Below, in pieces: positions 1-12,372 of a stretch of 64,000 nt of DNA (the first letter of the stretch is position 1; each line of letters opens with the position of its first letter). The notes beneath the pieces are model-generated. The model ran no database searches. It had not been told where the DNA came from and saw nothing but the letters and a program-made list of their open reading frames with translations. The DNA is from Octopus sinensis. Its lineage: Eukaryota. Position numbers and translations under genes: made by a program. Location of the stretch: assembly GCF_006345805.1 (NCBI RefSeq), contig NC_042997.1, positions 143,034,001 to 143,098,000 on the forward strand. The letters run 5' to 3'.

Positions 1-197
1 GATAGTGCATAAGTTATAAAATATGTTGTGAACTCTTAAACCATGGTTCTACAACGAAAAAAAAAATTTAATATTTTCATTCACAGTTAGTAAAAGCTTG
101 ATGGTCAGAGAAGGCTAGCATGTAGATTCATCTGGCCCATAACATTTGTTAAACAAATCAAGATGATAGCTGAAAACATTTGCCATGTCCTTTACAG

Positions 198-493
198 CAG
201 TACTTCTCAAACTATCTAATGTGACTGGTTGACAGTTTTTTGTTTTTTTTCCAATGTACCAAGGACCGGTTATATTTCTTAGTAATATTAATTTATACTG
301 GAAACAATATATATAATGAATATAATAAAATTTGAGAATTTTTTTTATCTTATATTTATTTTGTAAACTAGTAATACAATATTACATAAGCATTTTATAA
401 TGTTTCTTCCTTTTCTGGAAACTCTCTGCATACTAGCAGCTGATGGCTCATGGACCGGCACTGGCCTGCAGACTACCACTTTGAGTAGCACTG
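198..493. mobile_element. hAT-type MITE
   Basis: CAG..CTG termini (cagtacttctcaaa / tttgagtagcactg) with perfect 8-bp TSD ctttacag at 190-197 and 494-501. Confidence 0.85.
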
Positions 494-634
494 CTTTACA
501 GAATCAAGCCAACCAATTTCCAACAGCTACTCTCTTTAGTTTCTTTCTTGCAACCTATGCAATTTAGTTGGCAATGAGTCTTATTGGTATGGGTGCATAG
601 TATTGAAAATAATTGCAGTCCTGCAACATATCTA

Positions 635-976
635 TTACTTGTTTCATTCCTTGGTCTGTGGCCATACTGGGGCATCTCCTTGAAAGGTTTAGTCTGGTAC
701 TTATTCTATCAGTCTATTTTTAACCAAACCTCTAAGTTATGGAGATGTAAACCACTGCTTGTCAAGCAATGGTGGGAGACAAACACATTTACGCATACAT
801 ACATATATATGATGAGCTTCCACACAGTTTCCATTTACCAAATTCACTCTCATGACATTGGTTGGCCTTGGGCTATAGCAGAAAACAACTCTTACCCAAG
901 GTGCCATTTGGCAGGACTGAACTTGAATCCATATAGTTACAAAGCGGGCTTTTTAACCTCAGTCATGCCTGCACCT
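635..976 (-). mobile_element. tRNA-derived SINE, type B (tRNA-like head, (GT)n, gtactggggtcgat block, gactgaaacaagtaaaag tail)
   Basis: Homologous to copies at 1839-2192, 2350-2720, 3686-3983, 50600-50970, 62388-62762, 63660-64000. Confidence 0.75.
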
Positions 977-1838
977 CTATATGCAATCTATAGTTGTCTC
1001 AGCCCAGTGATGGGGCATGTATGCTTTCACTTGACCTGTTAGAAATAAGTCAAATACCTCAAATTAAACCCTGCTGTCCTAAAAAAGAAGGAAATACACT
1101 CCTTATAGTCTTAGATAAAAAAAAATACCAAAAATATAGTCCATTTGATGAGAGGTTTTCTCAGCTAGGGTTAACCTGGACTAAAGTCCAACAATCTGTA
1201 CTTGTCTATGAATAAGAGTTACACTTCTCAGCATTAAAAGTGTCAAGTGAAGCTCTGGTCCTATTATTAATTGCATATGTTAATTAGTAATGTGAACATC
1301 AACAAAAAAACATACATTATAGATCTTTTTTTAAAAGCTACTCATACACACAGTGTGACACACTTATTAAAAACCATCTGGGATATCACTGAAATGAGAC
1401 AGCAAGTTGATTTTTTAGATAAGAGAAAGTCATGGGAAGGTAAGAAGTTTTAGTCTGTGTGGGTGGTGTAGATGAAGAAGACCTGAAGTGACAATACATT
1501 TAATCTCTACAGTCCTCTACATACACACTGATATGTGTGTATGTGTGTGTGTGCCGGGTTGCAAACTGGTTTAGAAATTTGCTCTACAACTAGGAAATCT
1601 TTGCTTTTGATTCCACTGTATGCATTGGCAAGTGTCATCTTCTTTAGCCTCAAGTCAACCCCATTGTTTGTGAGTGAACTTGATTAGACACAAACTGTGC
1701 AAGTTGACTAGATTGTACCTGTTGTTTAGTTCCAAGAAGACCAATAATCAGATGTTCCATTCCTCACTATCTTTATTTTACCCTTTTTGTTTTGCTGTAA
1801 TAATAATATCCAGAACTACATTATCTTTTTTTGTCTTT

Positions 1839-2192
1839 TTCTTTTACTTGTTTCAGTCATTAGATGGTGGCCATTCTGGGGCACTAGTCAAATTAATTAA
1901 TCAGCCCCAGTACTTATTTAAAACCTGGTACTTACTTTATTGGTCTCTTTTGCCAAACTTCTAAATTACAGGGATGTAAACATACCAACACTGCTTGACA
2001 ACCAGTGGGTGGAGGACAGGCTCGAACACATACACAATGGGCTTCTTTCAGTTTCCATCTACCAAATCCACTCTGAAAGCTTTGGTCAATTCAAGGCTGT
2101 AGTAGAAGACACTTGCCCACGGTGTCATGCAGTGAAACTGAACCCTGAACTATATGGTTGGGAAGTAAGTTTCTAACCAAATAGCCACACCT
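1839..2192 (-). mobile_element. SINE type B
   Basis: ttttacttgtttcagtcattag ... agtagaagacacttgccc ... ccaaatagccacac. Confidence 0.8.
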
Positions 2193-2349
2193 TTCACTTC
2201 CTTCTTGTTAACTAGCAAGTCAGGTGATCACATGGATGTTTTCTCATTGGTAATTCAGTTCTAGTCAATGCCATTATCCATAGTTGTGAAACCTCATATA
2301 TTATTGATTGTTATAAACTTTAGTCGAGGATTCAATTCTTAACATACAT

Positions 2350-2720
2350 TTATCTTTTATTTGTTTCAGTCATTGGGTTGTGGCCTTGCTGGGGCACCAC
2401 CTGGAAAGATTTCTGACAAACAAATCAACTCCAGTACTTATTTTTGTCAGTCTGATATATATTCTGTCAGTCTCTTTTGTCAAACTACTTAGTTATAGGG
2501 ATGTAAACAAACCAATACAAATTGTCAAGTGGTGGAGGAGACAGACACACACACACACACGCAGTGGGCTTCAATGCAGTTTCCATCTACGAAATTCAAT
2601 CTGAAGACATTAGTCTGTCTGGGACTATAGTAGAAGACATTTTCCCCCAGTGTCATGCAGTGGGACTGAATTTGCATCCATGTATTGCAAACCAGCTTTT
2701 TAACCACATTGCCATGCTGC
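2350..2720 (-). mobile_element. SINE type B
   Basis: Same block order as 1839-2192 with internal (CA)n. Confidence 0.8.
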
Positions 2721-2782
2721 AATAAATATCGCTAACATGCTTTTTTATGTCTAATCAACACAATGCTTTAGTGAGGTTGTAG

Positions 2783-2824
<42 letters not shown>

Positions 2825-3685
2825 TATATATTAAAAGGTATAATGAATAAACGCTCCAATCGGTGTCACCTGAGCACTTCCAGCTGCAGTCCTATTTTTA
2901 GTTTTGTTCTTTGGTTTAACAAAATTGCTTTTCTGTTTAATGAAGTTATAAAATTATCCTCTTATATATATATAAATAATAAAAGGGACCAATGGCATGT
3001 CTTGAATTAGGCTATAAAATTGTAGTTGCAATAGGATGCATGACATAATCTCTTTCACTCTCATTATCAATGATTGATTAATTATTTCTCACACTTTAAT
3101 TGCTTATATACAAACAGTTATTAAAAACCCTCACTGTTCATGTTCCTCGGTTACTTTGTTAGTTCTGTGTACTCTCACTCTGCACAGAATGATATTAAAA
3201 TATTTGCTTTCCATACTCTATCAATATTTATCTTATGAATTATATTTGTTCTAGGAATCAGTTGATTTTTTTTCTTCTTATATATTTTCTTGATTATTTT
3301 GACATTGGTTGTTAATATGTACAGGAATGGATGTATGGTTAACGATTTAGCTCTCTCAACCACATAGTTTCAGATTCAGCCCTGTCAACATTATACCTTG
3401 GGCAAATATCTTCTATAAGCCTCAAGTTGGTTAATGTTTTGTAGATGGAAACTGTATGGAAGCTCTCTGTGTATGTATATTCAACTTCCCATCCATTAGT
3501 CTGGACACATTTTTTTCTCTCTCCATTTTTTCCCTCTTCTCATCCTTTTCTGTAGAAGAGCACAAGCTTGAAACTTCAAAAACTCTTCCATTTTTCCTGT
3601 TTATCAAACTAATACCTCTTGTTTGTTGTTCTCTCACCTACCTCTTTTGTTTTCTTGTACAATTTAGAACCATATATATATATTT

Positions 3686-3983
3686 TTTTATCTTTTACTA
3701 GTTTCAGTCATTAGACTGCAGCCATGCTGGGCACCACCTTGAATTTTTAGTCAATGAATTGACCCCTAGTACTTATTTTTTAAGCCTGGTACTTATTCTA
3801 TCAGCCCTCTTTTGACAAACCTCTAAATTATGGGGATGCAAACACACCAACACCCAATTGTCAAGAGATAGTGTCTTCTATTACTGCCCAAGACTCTAGT
3901 AGAAGACACTTGCCCAAAGTTCCACACAACGGGACCGAACCTATAACCATGTGGTTGAGAAGCAAGCTTCTTACCATACAGTC
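3686..3983 (-). mobile_element. SINE type B (internally deleted)
   Basis: Tail and head blocks both present. Confidence 0.75.
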
Positions 3984-6900
3984 TTTGTGATTTTATCCAC
4001 TTGTCTTTAGAATAACAGTCACAATGTTTATGTCCAACATAAACAAAATGTCCAGCAGCTTGGCTTCATGTGAAGTCATGGAATAAAGTGTCTTATTTGA
4101 AAACAAAGGATTGGCACCAGGAAGGGTATCAGGTCATGTGATATTACCTTAACAAGTTTTGTCTGACCCATACCATTGCAGAAAAAGTAGACTTAAAAAT
4201 AATGATGATGTTCTGTGATAGCAGCTGGTGTGGGGCAACACAAATGCTACTGCCTATGCTATGCCTACCGTATACCCTCACAAAACCAGATAGTCAAGTT
4301 CAACAGTGTCTTCTTTCCCCACTGATCCACCCAAGCCCATTCTCTTGGCTGTGGTTTCACTAGACAGGAGGTAGGGACAGTGGGAATTTTGTTGATCCAT
4401 TCATGTGTGTCACTAGTATAGAATTTAAATAAGGGTTATTTTTACTTGTACTAAATTTTTTTTGCTTCGTGATTAAAGTGACTGATACATATATAATTTG
4501 AATTTCATAGCTTTTATTCTGAGACCTAAAAGAATCTAGTATTATTTTCCAAGATAACTATGTGATAAAGACAATAGCTGCGTAAATCTCTTGGGAGACA
4601 CACTGTAAAGATATCTGTCAAAGAAATTCTGGAATTGTTCAGTTCAAATTGACCACAAATTTTAGAAAATTTGAATCTTCATTTCACTTATGGGTGTGAA
4701 TATTAAATGAGGCTTCCTCCCTCCCCCCAGTACATCCATAAGAGATATTATCTTAGGATGAATATCGCATTACTTGCCTGTCAATGAAATGAAGACATTA
4801 AGTATAATACATGGATAGCTATAGGAATATTTTATAATTTGAAACTTGAAATATGTTTTTTTTTTCTTGAAATATTGATATGAATCCAATATGTAATATC
4901 TTTAAAATCTATTTTGATGTTAAACTTTACTTTTTTTTTTTTATTTGTTATCGTTTAAAACGTCTTTCTTTGAGGATTTCAGAAGTTTCATGTTCACTTT
5001 TATTATATTCTAGGTGCTCTTGTGATATATGTTGCTTTTGGAGAGCTTTTCAAACTGAAATGTATTACTATTAAAGCATTATATTTCCATTTGAGTATAA
5101 TTCTAGTTTTTTTCCATGTTTATTGAACCATATTTTAATATTTGGGTTTCAGTATCATGCAGTAAAGTTAGTATCAGCATTGTTCAAGAATTTTACTTGA
5201 AAAATGCAGCCTTGTTAGGGTTGTTTTTCATATCAGACATTACACCAAGCCAAAATTCACATTTATATTGAAACTGAAGTCTTTAAATTAAATTCAATAT
5301 GGAAACTTAACAGACTTGACTTTGTTATTCACACAGATTTTTACATTGGGTGTATGAGAATGTTTTAGAACCTTCTGTATCAGTAAAATCAACATGCAAA
5401 TAAAAATAGAGAGATTGAAATTTATATGGGGTTTTTAGAAAATTTTTATTTTGAAAAACATATTTACATTCGTTTCAGTTTTTCCCCCCACCCTTCTAAA
5501 ATGTGAGTTGTCATGTAGCTCCTCTACAGTGAAAAAAACAAAAAACCTGTTCTACTCTGGCCCCTTCACTCATACTTTTATCTATTTTCTGCTCATCATC
5601 TCTTAGCATAAAGTTGTCTCTTTGAAGTTTGTAGTTTGCAAACTGCATGATGGCCTCACTAGTGCTGTTGGCATGAAAAAAGCACTCAGTACATACTGTA
5701 AAAGTGGTTAGCATTAGGAAGAACATTCAGCTGTAGAAACCATCCAACCCATGCCAGTATGGAACATGGACATTAAATGATGATGATGACATACTTTTGT
5801 AGGATTGTTTGTCAGAGCACTTGTTTTTGCAACTGGATATACCCTTCTTACTGCTAACCATTGAACTGTGAATTAAGAATGGATACTGTTTAAACTCCTC
5901 AGTCACAATTTCATATAAGAAACATTCCAAACACCAATTTAGTAGTGACAAAATTATTTGACAATTCATTATTGTAATGCATAGGTAAAGCACTTTTTAT
6001 GAAAATATGGTACAGAAAGGGTTAAGCAGACTGTAGCACGCAGTTATGTACCTTTTGCAGGGGCATAATGCAAAGATTTGAAACATTTTACTTTAGCTGG
6101 TAGTTTAACATTTGAACCTCACTGGTATTGTGTTTTGAGATGAATCTGCTTTCCATTCTAGAGTTGGATAGGTCTTTATTGTTCCCCTATACTGGTTGAA
6201 GGTTCACATCCCACTTGTAAGTTTCATTGTTTTGGGTTGTTTTCTAGAGCTGGTTGACCTTCCAAACACCAGCCACCTTACAGTGGACTGGGTGTATTCT
6301 ATTGTGGAATCAGCACTAGAGAGGATTGACATGTGTTTGACAAATAGACATAAGGTCCTCTCAAACCCATGTTTACTTATTCATCAACCACTCTACAAAA
6401 TGTCCTCGGTGGAATTATAGTGACACCAACACGAATGGGTTTGTCTTGTACTATCATTACAATCCTTGAAGCTGAATGCAAGAGACCAGCTGTAACAGAA
6501 GACCCAGAACAGCTGAGAGAAGAGAGCAAAAAATTGAGTGATTGGACAGAGAGAGTGATAGAAGAGGTGAGAGTGCGAAATAGTAAGAGATGGATAAATG
6601 GTGAGAGTGAATGATGGATGTCGATATAAATGGCTTTATAGGTGATGATTATAATAATGTGACTTGGAGACCGTCCTTAATAAATATATCTGGAAGACAT
6701 GAGTATTGTTTAAACATAAAAATTTGCTTTCTATCTAATTGGTTACTATGTTAGAATATATCAGGCATTATTGCATGGCATTGAGACATCAATCCGTATG
6801 GAGTTGTAGGAGCATGTACTTTTATATAGTGTCAGTAAGTTTAGTTCTATCTAATCTATTATTCAAGACATTTTTGTAAGTCTTTGTTATTTGATTAGAT

Positions 6901-7559
6901 ACACCATAAAGTGTTCAGTCATCATATGCAACCGGATAGTTTTAATGAATATACCCCCCCCCCAACCTTTTTCTCTTACAATATAATTAAATGTTAAAGC
7001 AATATTGAGCTTAGATTAATGAAGGCAGTACTCTAACATGACCATGATACTTTAAACAAACTTCTTTTTTTTTTTAAATGTTAAAGACAATATGATAGCA
7101 AGTGATTCCTGCCAATGAACAAAAAGATCCTGTTCACAGTTCCCTCTAACAGACTACCTCATAAATAGACAACAGACAATACTTATAATAGCTGCTGGCT
7201 GGCTGGCTGGTCTGATGTAAATGACCTCACAGTCTATATCATATTTCACAAAGCTGACTTAGCCATTTGATCACCTACCACTCAGAACATGACATAATAG
7301 CCTGATAGATTTCATTCTCATCAGGAAACGGGTTAGACAGCTGATGATGAATATTTAAGTCTTTTTTTCCCTGGTGAAGAATGTCCCACTCAACATAGTA
7401 ATTAGTGATACCAGAATAAAGTGAAATGGATTCAGAGATAGAAAACAAACTTGAGAATGAAGGTTTGGAAGCTATATGATATTATTGCTGTATGTAGCCT
7501 CTAAAAGACAACCTACTGCAAGCCACAGACCAGGTTTGTGGATGGAATAAGGTGTCAAC

Positions 7560-8465
7560 TTAGTAGAGAATACAGGAAATAAGAATTATAAAAATAAAAA
7601 GCCAGGCCTGAAAAGAAGTGGCACAAAAGGGACTAAGTGATAGGTAAAAGAGAAGCTAGATGTATGGTATACTGAAAAGAACAAGGCTTTGCATTGAGGT
7701 TAATTGCAGCATATAAATTCAATGGAGCATATGAAGGCAGGGAAGGCAATAGGTACCTCAGGGTTATTCTCTGAGGTGCTAAAAATATTTGACAGTAAGG
7801 GCATGAACTGAACATACATATATATTTCTTTACTACCCACAAGGGGCTAAACATAGAGAGGACAAACAAGGACAGACAAAGGGATTAAGTCGATTACATC
7901 AACCCAGTGCGAAACTGGTACTTCATTTATTGACCCCGAGAGGATGAAAGGCAAAGTCGACCTCGGCGGAATTTGAACTCACCCTCTGAACATACATATA
8001 GTTAATCAGGTAGAGCAGAGAGGTGTATGATGCTTGTGTACAAAGCTGTGATTTTGGATGGTTGTGAGACCTGGATGCTGAATGTGGGGAATATGCAAAG
8101 GCTAAAAAGGAAAATGAGGCAAGTATTTGTTGTGCATTATGTAATGTCAGCTGGTATGAACAACAGTCCAAGCATGCTTTGAGAAAAACTGGGTATTAAA
8201 GATATCTACTATTTTGTGCTAGAGAGGGAAAACATTTGGTCGGAGCATGTGATGTTTTGGGATAAAGGGTGTTTCAAATGATTCAAGCAGAAGGAATCTA
8301 TGAATGAAAATAAAAAAAACAAAGAGGACACTATCAGAAGTGATGGGAGAGGATCTTGGGATGCTGAGCCTCACAAAGATGACAAAGGGCTATGACAAGT
8401 TGAGAATCCCTGTACTAACATTCACCCATCCAGGCCTATGCTAACATGAAAAAGTAGACATAAAT
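7560..8465 (+). mobile_element. Degenerate, internally deleted RTE-clade LINE remnant
   Basis: MKAGKAIGTSGLFSEVLKI (~7730-7786, RT-upstream KAPGPSG motif), then LDGCETW...LCNVS...LRKKLGIK-like (frameshifted) RTE C-terminal region at ~8050-8210, then the shared 3' tail at ~8420-8465. Confidence 0.7.
7822..7981 (-). mobile_element. 5'-truncated Nin/Deu-domain SINE (type C) inserted in the RTE remnant
   Basis: gaccccgagaggatgaaaggc (Deu/Nin core, reverse); 14-bp TSD ctgaacatacatat at 7808-7821 and 7986-7999. Confidence 0.85.
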
Positions 8466-9439
8466 TTATTTACGTAATATTTTTTGCTATTTACATAATA
8501 AATGTGATTAATTGATAATATACTTGATTTAGAGCACACAAACCAATTATAAATAAGTCAAACTGGTCTGTAGAGAAGGTCAGTATTTTGTTGTAAAATT
8601 TTTGGCAGAGAATCAGCCAGAGTACCAAAACTGAAACGCAAAAGCTAAAGTATAAGTCTATAACATTTAGAAAAACTAGAAAGTTCTAACAGAAGAAAAG
8701 CTTACAGGTATTTGTGATATTTCTCAACTGAGCAAATATATTTCCCTATGAGCATAACTTGTTTGTAAATAATGTTGTTATTGTTTCTAGTATCTTGGAA
8801 AAGATTTCTGAAATATCTGCAAATCTTTGTGACTTGATTTATATTTACCATTTTATTTACAATTTGATTTTATCATAATTCTTTCTCAGCTTAAGTTTGT
8901 TTTCTTGATGCATGTAGTCCTACAGAGAAATAATATTATATGCTTAATCTTAAAAAATTGGTTTCATAAAAGTGTGATCAATTTCTACTGTTCAGTTGTA
9001 AATTGTTTAAATAATAAGGTGAGTTGACTGAAAATAGTTTCTTTGCATTTTGAATGATGCATTCAGAAAGATAAATCTATCATCATCATCATCATTATTC
9101 ATTGTTCCTTTTTCGATGCTGATGTGTTGGACAGTTTAACAGGAACCAATGAGCTAGAGAACTGCACGAAGCTCCGATGTCTATTTTGGCAATGTTCCTA
9201 CAGCAGGATGCCCTTCCTAATGCCAAACACTTTACAGAATTGTTATATGTTACGTAAACAAAGACATCATTATGTAAATCTAGTTTTCTCTTTAACATTT
9301 GCTTTTTAATTCTCAAACACTTCATGTATTTTTTGTTCTCACCATCTCTAGAAGTAGTAATAGTTTAATAATCTCCCCACAAGTTATCTAAATTTTGGTA
9401 GGAACACTTGAGGATATTTAATAAATCATGTGGCTGCTA

Positions 9440-9995
9440 GGTCCACCTTTTCAGCTCTCCAGGCATTAGTAAAAGACTGAGAGCTGAAAGTCAACCTGAG
9501 GAAGCTGCTGTTCTCAGAAACTGTTGCCTCAACATCACTAAGGCTAGACATGGTGCTGATCTTAAAAGCATCCAAACAGGTGGTTCTGTTTGAACCCTTT
9601 ACTCTCTAGGATAACTGCATCAAGGAGGCAAATGAAAGTAAGAGAAGGAAACATGTTGGGCTGGTGGAGTTGTACCAGAGAAAAGGATGGAAAGCATGCT
9701 GTGATCCCAAGAAAGTGGAAAACAGAAGGTTTACTGGCTAGTCTCTTTTCAGAGCTTACTACATGCTTGGTATCACAAGGGCCAGTAAGTCAAAGGCCAT
9801 CAGGTTGGAATTGGAGACAGCGGAGGTTATTTCAAAGTGGCTGTGGGTCAGGAAGCCCAAGAAGGGGGCAGTGCTACTAGGAGTAGGGTTAACTGGGCAC
9901 ACATTGGGGTTTGATTAACCTCAGCTGGGTCATCTGGGTGAGGATGTCTGATGTGAAAGGCCCAAAACACCTAATGACCCTGGGAAACACCACTG
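9440..9995 (+). mobile_element. R2-Hero-like non-LTR retrotransposon 3' fragment (restriction-like endonuclease)
   Basis: Frame from 9481: ELKVNLRKLLFSETVASTSLRLDMVL...KQVVLFEP..*..KEANESKRRK...GWKACCDP..VENRRFTG*SLFRAYYMLGI...ETAEVISKWLWVRK; two stops; matches the HERO RLE pattern LRPD..ELTVPWE..K.KY..GW..IEVGCRGF. Confidence 0.8.
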
Positions 9996-11307
9996 ATGTG
10001 TATGGAAAAACTTTCAAACTAACATTGGATAAAATGGATATTCACATAAGTCTGTCAACATAGGATTTTTGTAATCTGTTACACCAGTGTTAATTTAGAA
10101 TGTTTTCTTTCAAGTTCTCATCATCTCTGCATTTGTTTATCAATCTCTAATAACCTTCATTAAGTTGCCATTATCCACCAAATATCACACATTCCAGAAA
10201 ACTCTTTTGAAGCTATATATTTCTTATATATTTGCTAATTAATTATGTTGCACTGTATAACCATTGAAATTCTCCATAGAAAAATCAATAGTCATCTATT
10301 ATTTGTGATCTCATCTCAATTTATAGAGATGAAAACCCGACAGTCTCTGAAGACCAACATAGAAATTATGTTTGTAGTTGTTATGATCTGTGTTGGAAGT
10401 ATACACCAATAAAACAATTGGTATTTGCTTGCCTAACAATTACTATTTGTTTTGTAAAACCCTATTTATTCTGTGCTCCCAATCTTCAGACATTAATTGA
10501 TGTCTTAGTATTTCAACATCAGTTTTTGTTTTATCACCCCTCCCCTCATTTTGCTTTTAGCCATTGTCAATAACACATTTTTCTAACACAATATGCACTT
10601 TGTTTGATGGCTTCAGGTCAAACCCAACCAAACAGACCTATGATCAAAGGCATTCTAGCTGTGACCATCTCTTGTTCAAACTTATCTAGGCAACATTTCC
10701 TTCACCTGCTTTTAAGGTAGAATATATGAGTAAGAATTGGCTGCTATTTCTAGTAGGTCATTTAACTGTACAGAGACCTCCTCGTAAGATAGACATAGGT
10801 TTTGTTTGTTTTGTTTATTTTAATATCAAATTAAGGTATTCCATTCAAGTACCTCCTTTTTTTTCTCTTCGTAAAATGCACATGTATATACATGCACACA
10901 TGTAAAATGTCTTTTCAGTGTTGAGAAACTTTAAAAATGACCAATGCTTAGTTCTGGTTTCATAAAATTTAGTGGCTTAGGGATAAATCTTCCTTTGATT
11001 AGGAACAATTTACTGGAAAAACATACTCAATGATGAGGTACCTATTTCAGAATAGCTAAAAGAAGGGAAGTGAGGGCAATGTCCAAATTAAATACACCAA
11101 AATATAATGAATTTGACCCAATAACTAATTAATTGGTTGTTCAGTATCATACCTATGTGTGTCACTGTTTGGTTAAGTCCATATTCTTCTACAATTTATT
11201 TATCATATTTTCTGCTTTAATTTTAATATTTAAGGCTTGTAATTGAATCCGACCTGAACTATAAGCTCATATACTGCTTGTCATCTGTCCATTCTAGCCA
11301 ACAAAAC

Positions 11308-11381
11308 AGCTATTGTTTTGCTTCTGGTACTTAGCTATTGTTTTGCTTCTGGTACTTAGCTATTGTTTTGCTTCAGTACTT
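11308..11381. repeat. Tandem repeat, 25-bp unit x3
   Basis: agctattgttttgcttctggtactt twice identical, third unit 24 bp. Confidence 0.95.
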
Positions 11382-12184
11382 GGGGTTGTAGATAGAACTG
11401 CATAGTACACAATGTCTGCAAGAAAAGAAATTTGTGTTCCAAAAGCAAAGTTTTATTATTGAAACCTTGCAACACTCACAGTTATTAATACATAATTGTG
11501 AAAACTATTGTTTGTCACACCCCTAAACATTGTTAATGTTATTTCAAGTGGTTTTGCACTTTATATAGTTTTCAAATAACTCGACATGCTGACTCTTGAC
11601 CTTTACCAATCTGCTTTTATGGGTGAGACATGTAGTTGATGTTATGTTTGAACATGTGTAAATGTCTGTTGGAAATTGTGGATTGCAAGGAAGGACTGGA
11701 AATGAAATACAGGAAGGATTTTCGTATGAAGGGGAGATAGTTATATAGATACCTAGTTACCTAGAGAGAGAAGAAAGAAGCATTGGAGTTAGTCTAGTGG
11801 TCGAAGTCTGTAAGTAAAGAATTGTGAGTAAAATTTGGTTGACACCAAAAAATATCTAGAATATTCGTAAAAATGAAATAACTTAATTTGAAGTTCCAAT
11901 GCTGATAAATGATAACTGAATTTTCATTGACCATATGTTACAGTGAAATAGATTTGTGATTGAGATTATTGGATGGGTAGAAATGACTCCCCAAATTTCT
12001 TTGCTGTTGACTATTATGAAGGCTTCTACAGCTGGATGTCCTTCCTAATGCCAACCACTTTACAGAGCATACTGGATGCATTTTTTTGAGGCACTGGCAC
12101 TAGTAAGGTTACCAAAGACAAGACTTCTTCCCTCAACTGAGTGGGTTTGTAGTATATTGATTTCAAATTTTGGTTCAAAGCCAG

Positions 12185-12372
12185 CAATTTCAGGAGGGGT
12201 TAAGTTGATTACATTGACCCCTAGTGTACAACTGGTACTTATTTTATTGACCCTGAATGATAAAAAGCAAAGTTGACCATGGCAGATTTTGAACTCAGAG
12301 CATGAAGATAAAGGAGGTACTGGTAAGCATTTTGCCTGGCTTGCTATTAGCTCTAACATCTCACCACTTTAG
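12185..12372 (-). mobile_element. Nin/Deu-domain SINE (type C)
   Basis: ttgaccctgaatgataaaaagcaaagttgacc..tttgaactcagag. Confidence 0.75.

Noticed and set aside
584-1042. 152-aa ORF (also 21116-21535, 33059-33508, 45350-45825, 54976-55470)
   Set aside because: These read through SINE, LINE-UTR or AT-rich intron sequence, with no domain similarity or splice support.
7290-7360. Hammerhead ribozyme (cctgatagatttc..gaaac; ctgatgatga)
   Set aside because: The core spacing is wrong (CTGATAGA) and there are no compatible stems. I found no complete hammerhead in the window by eye.
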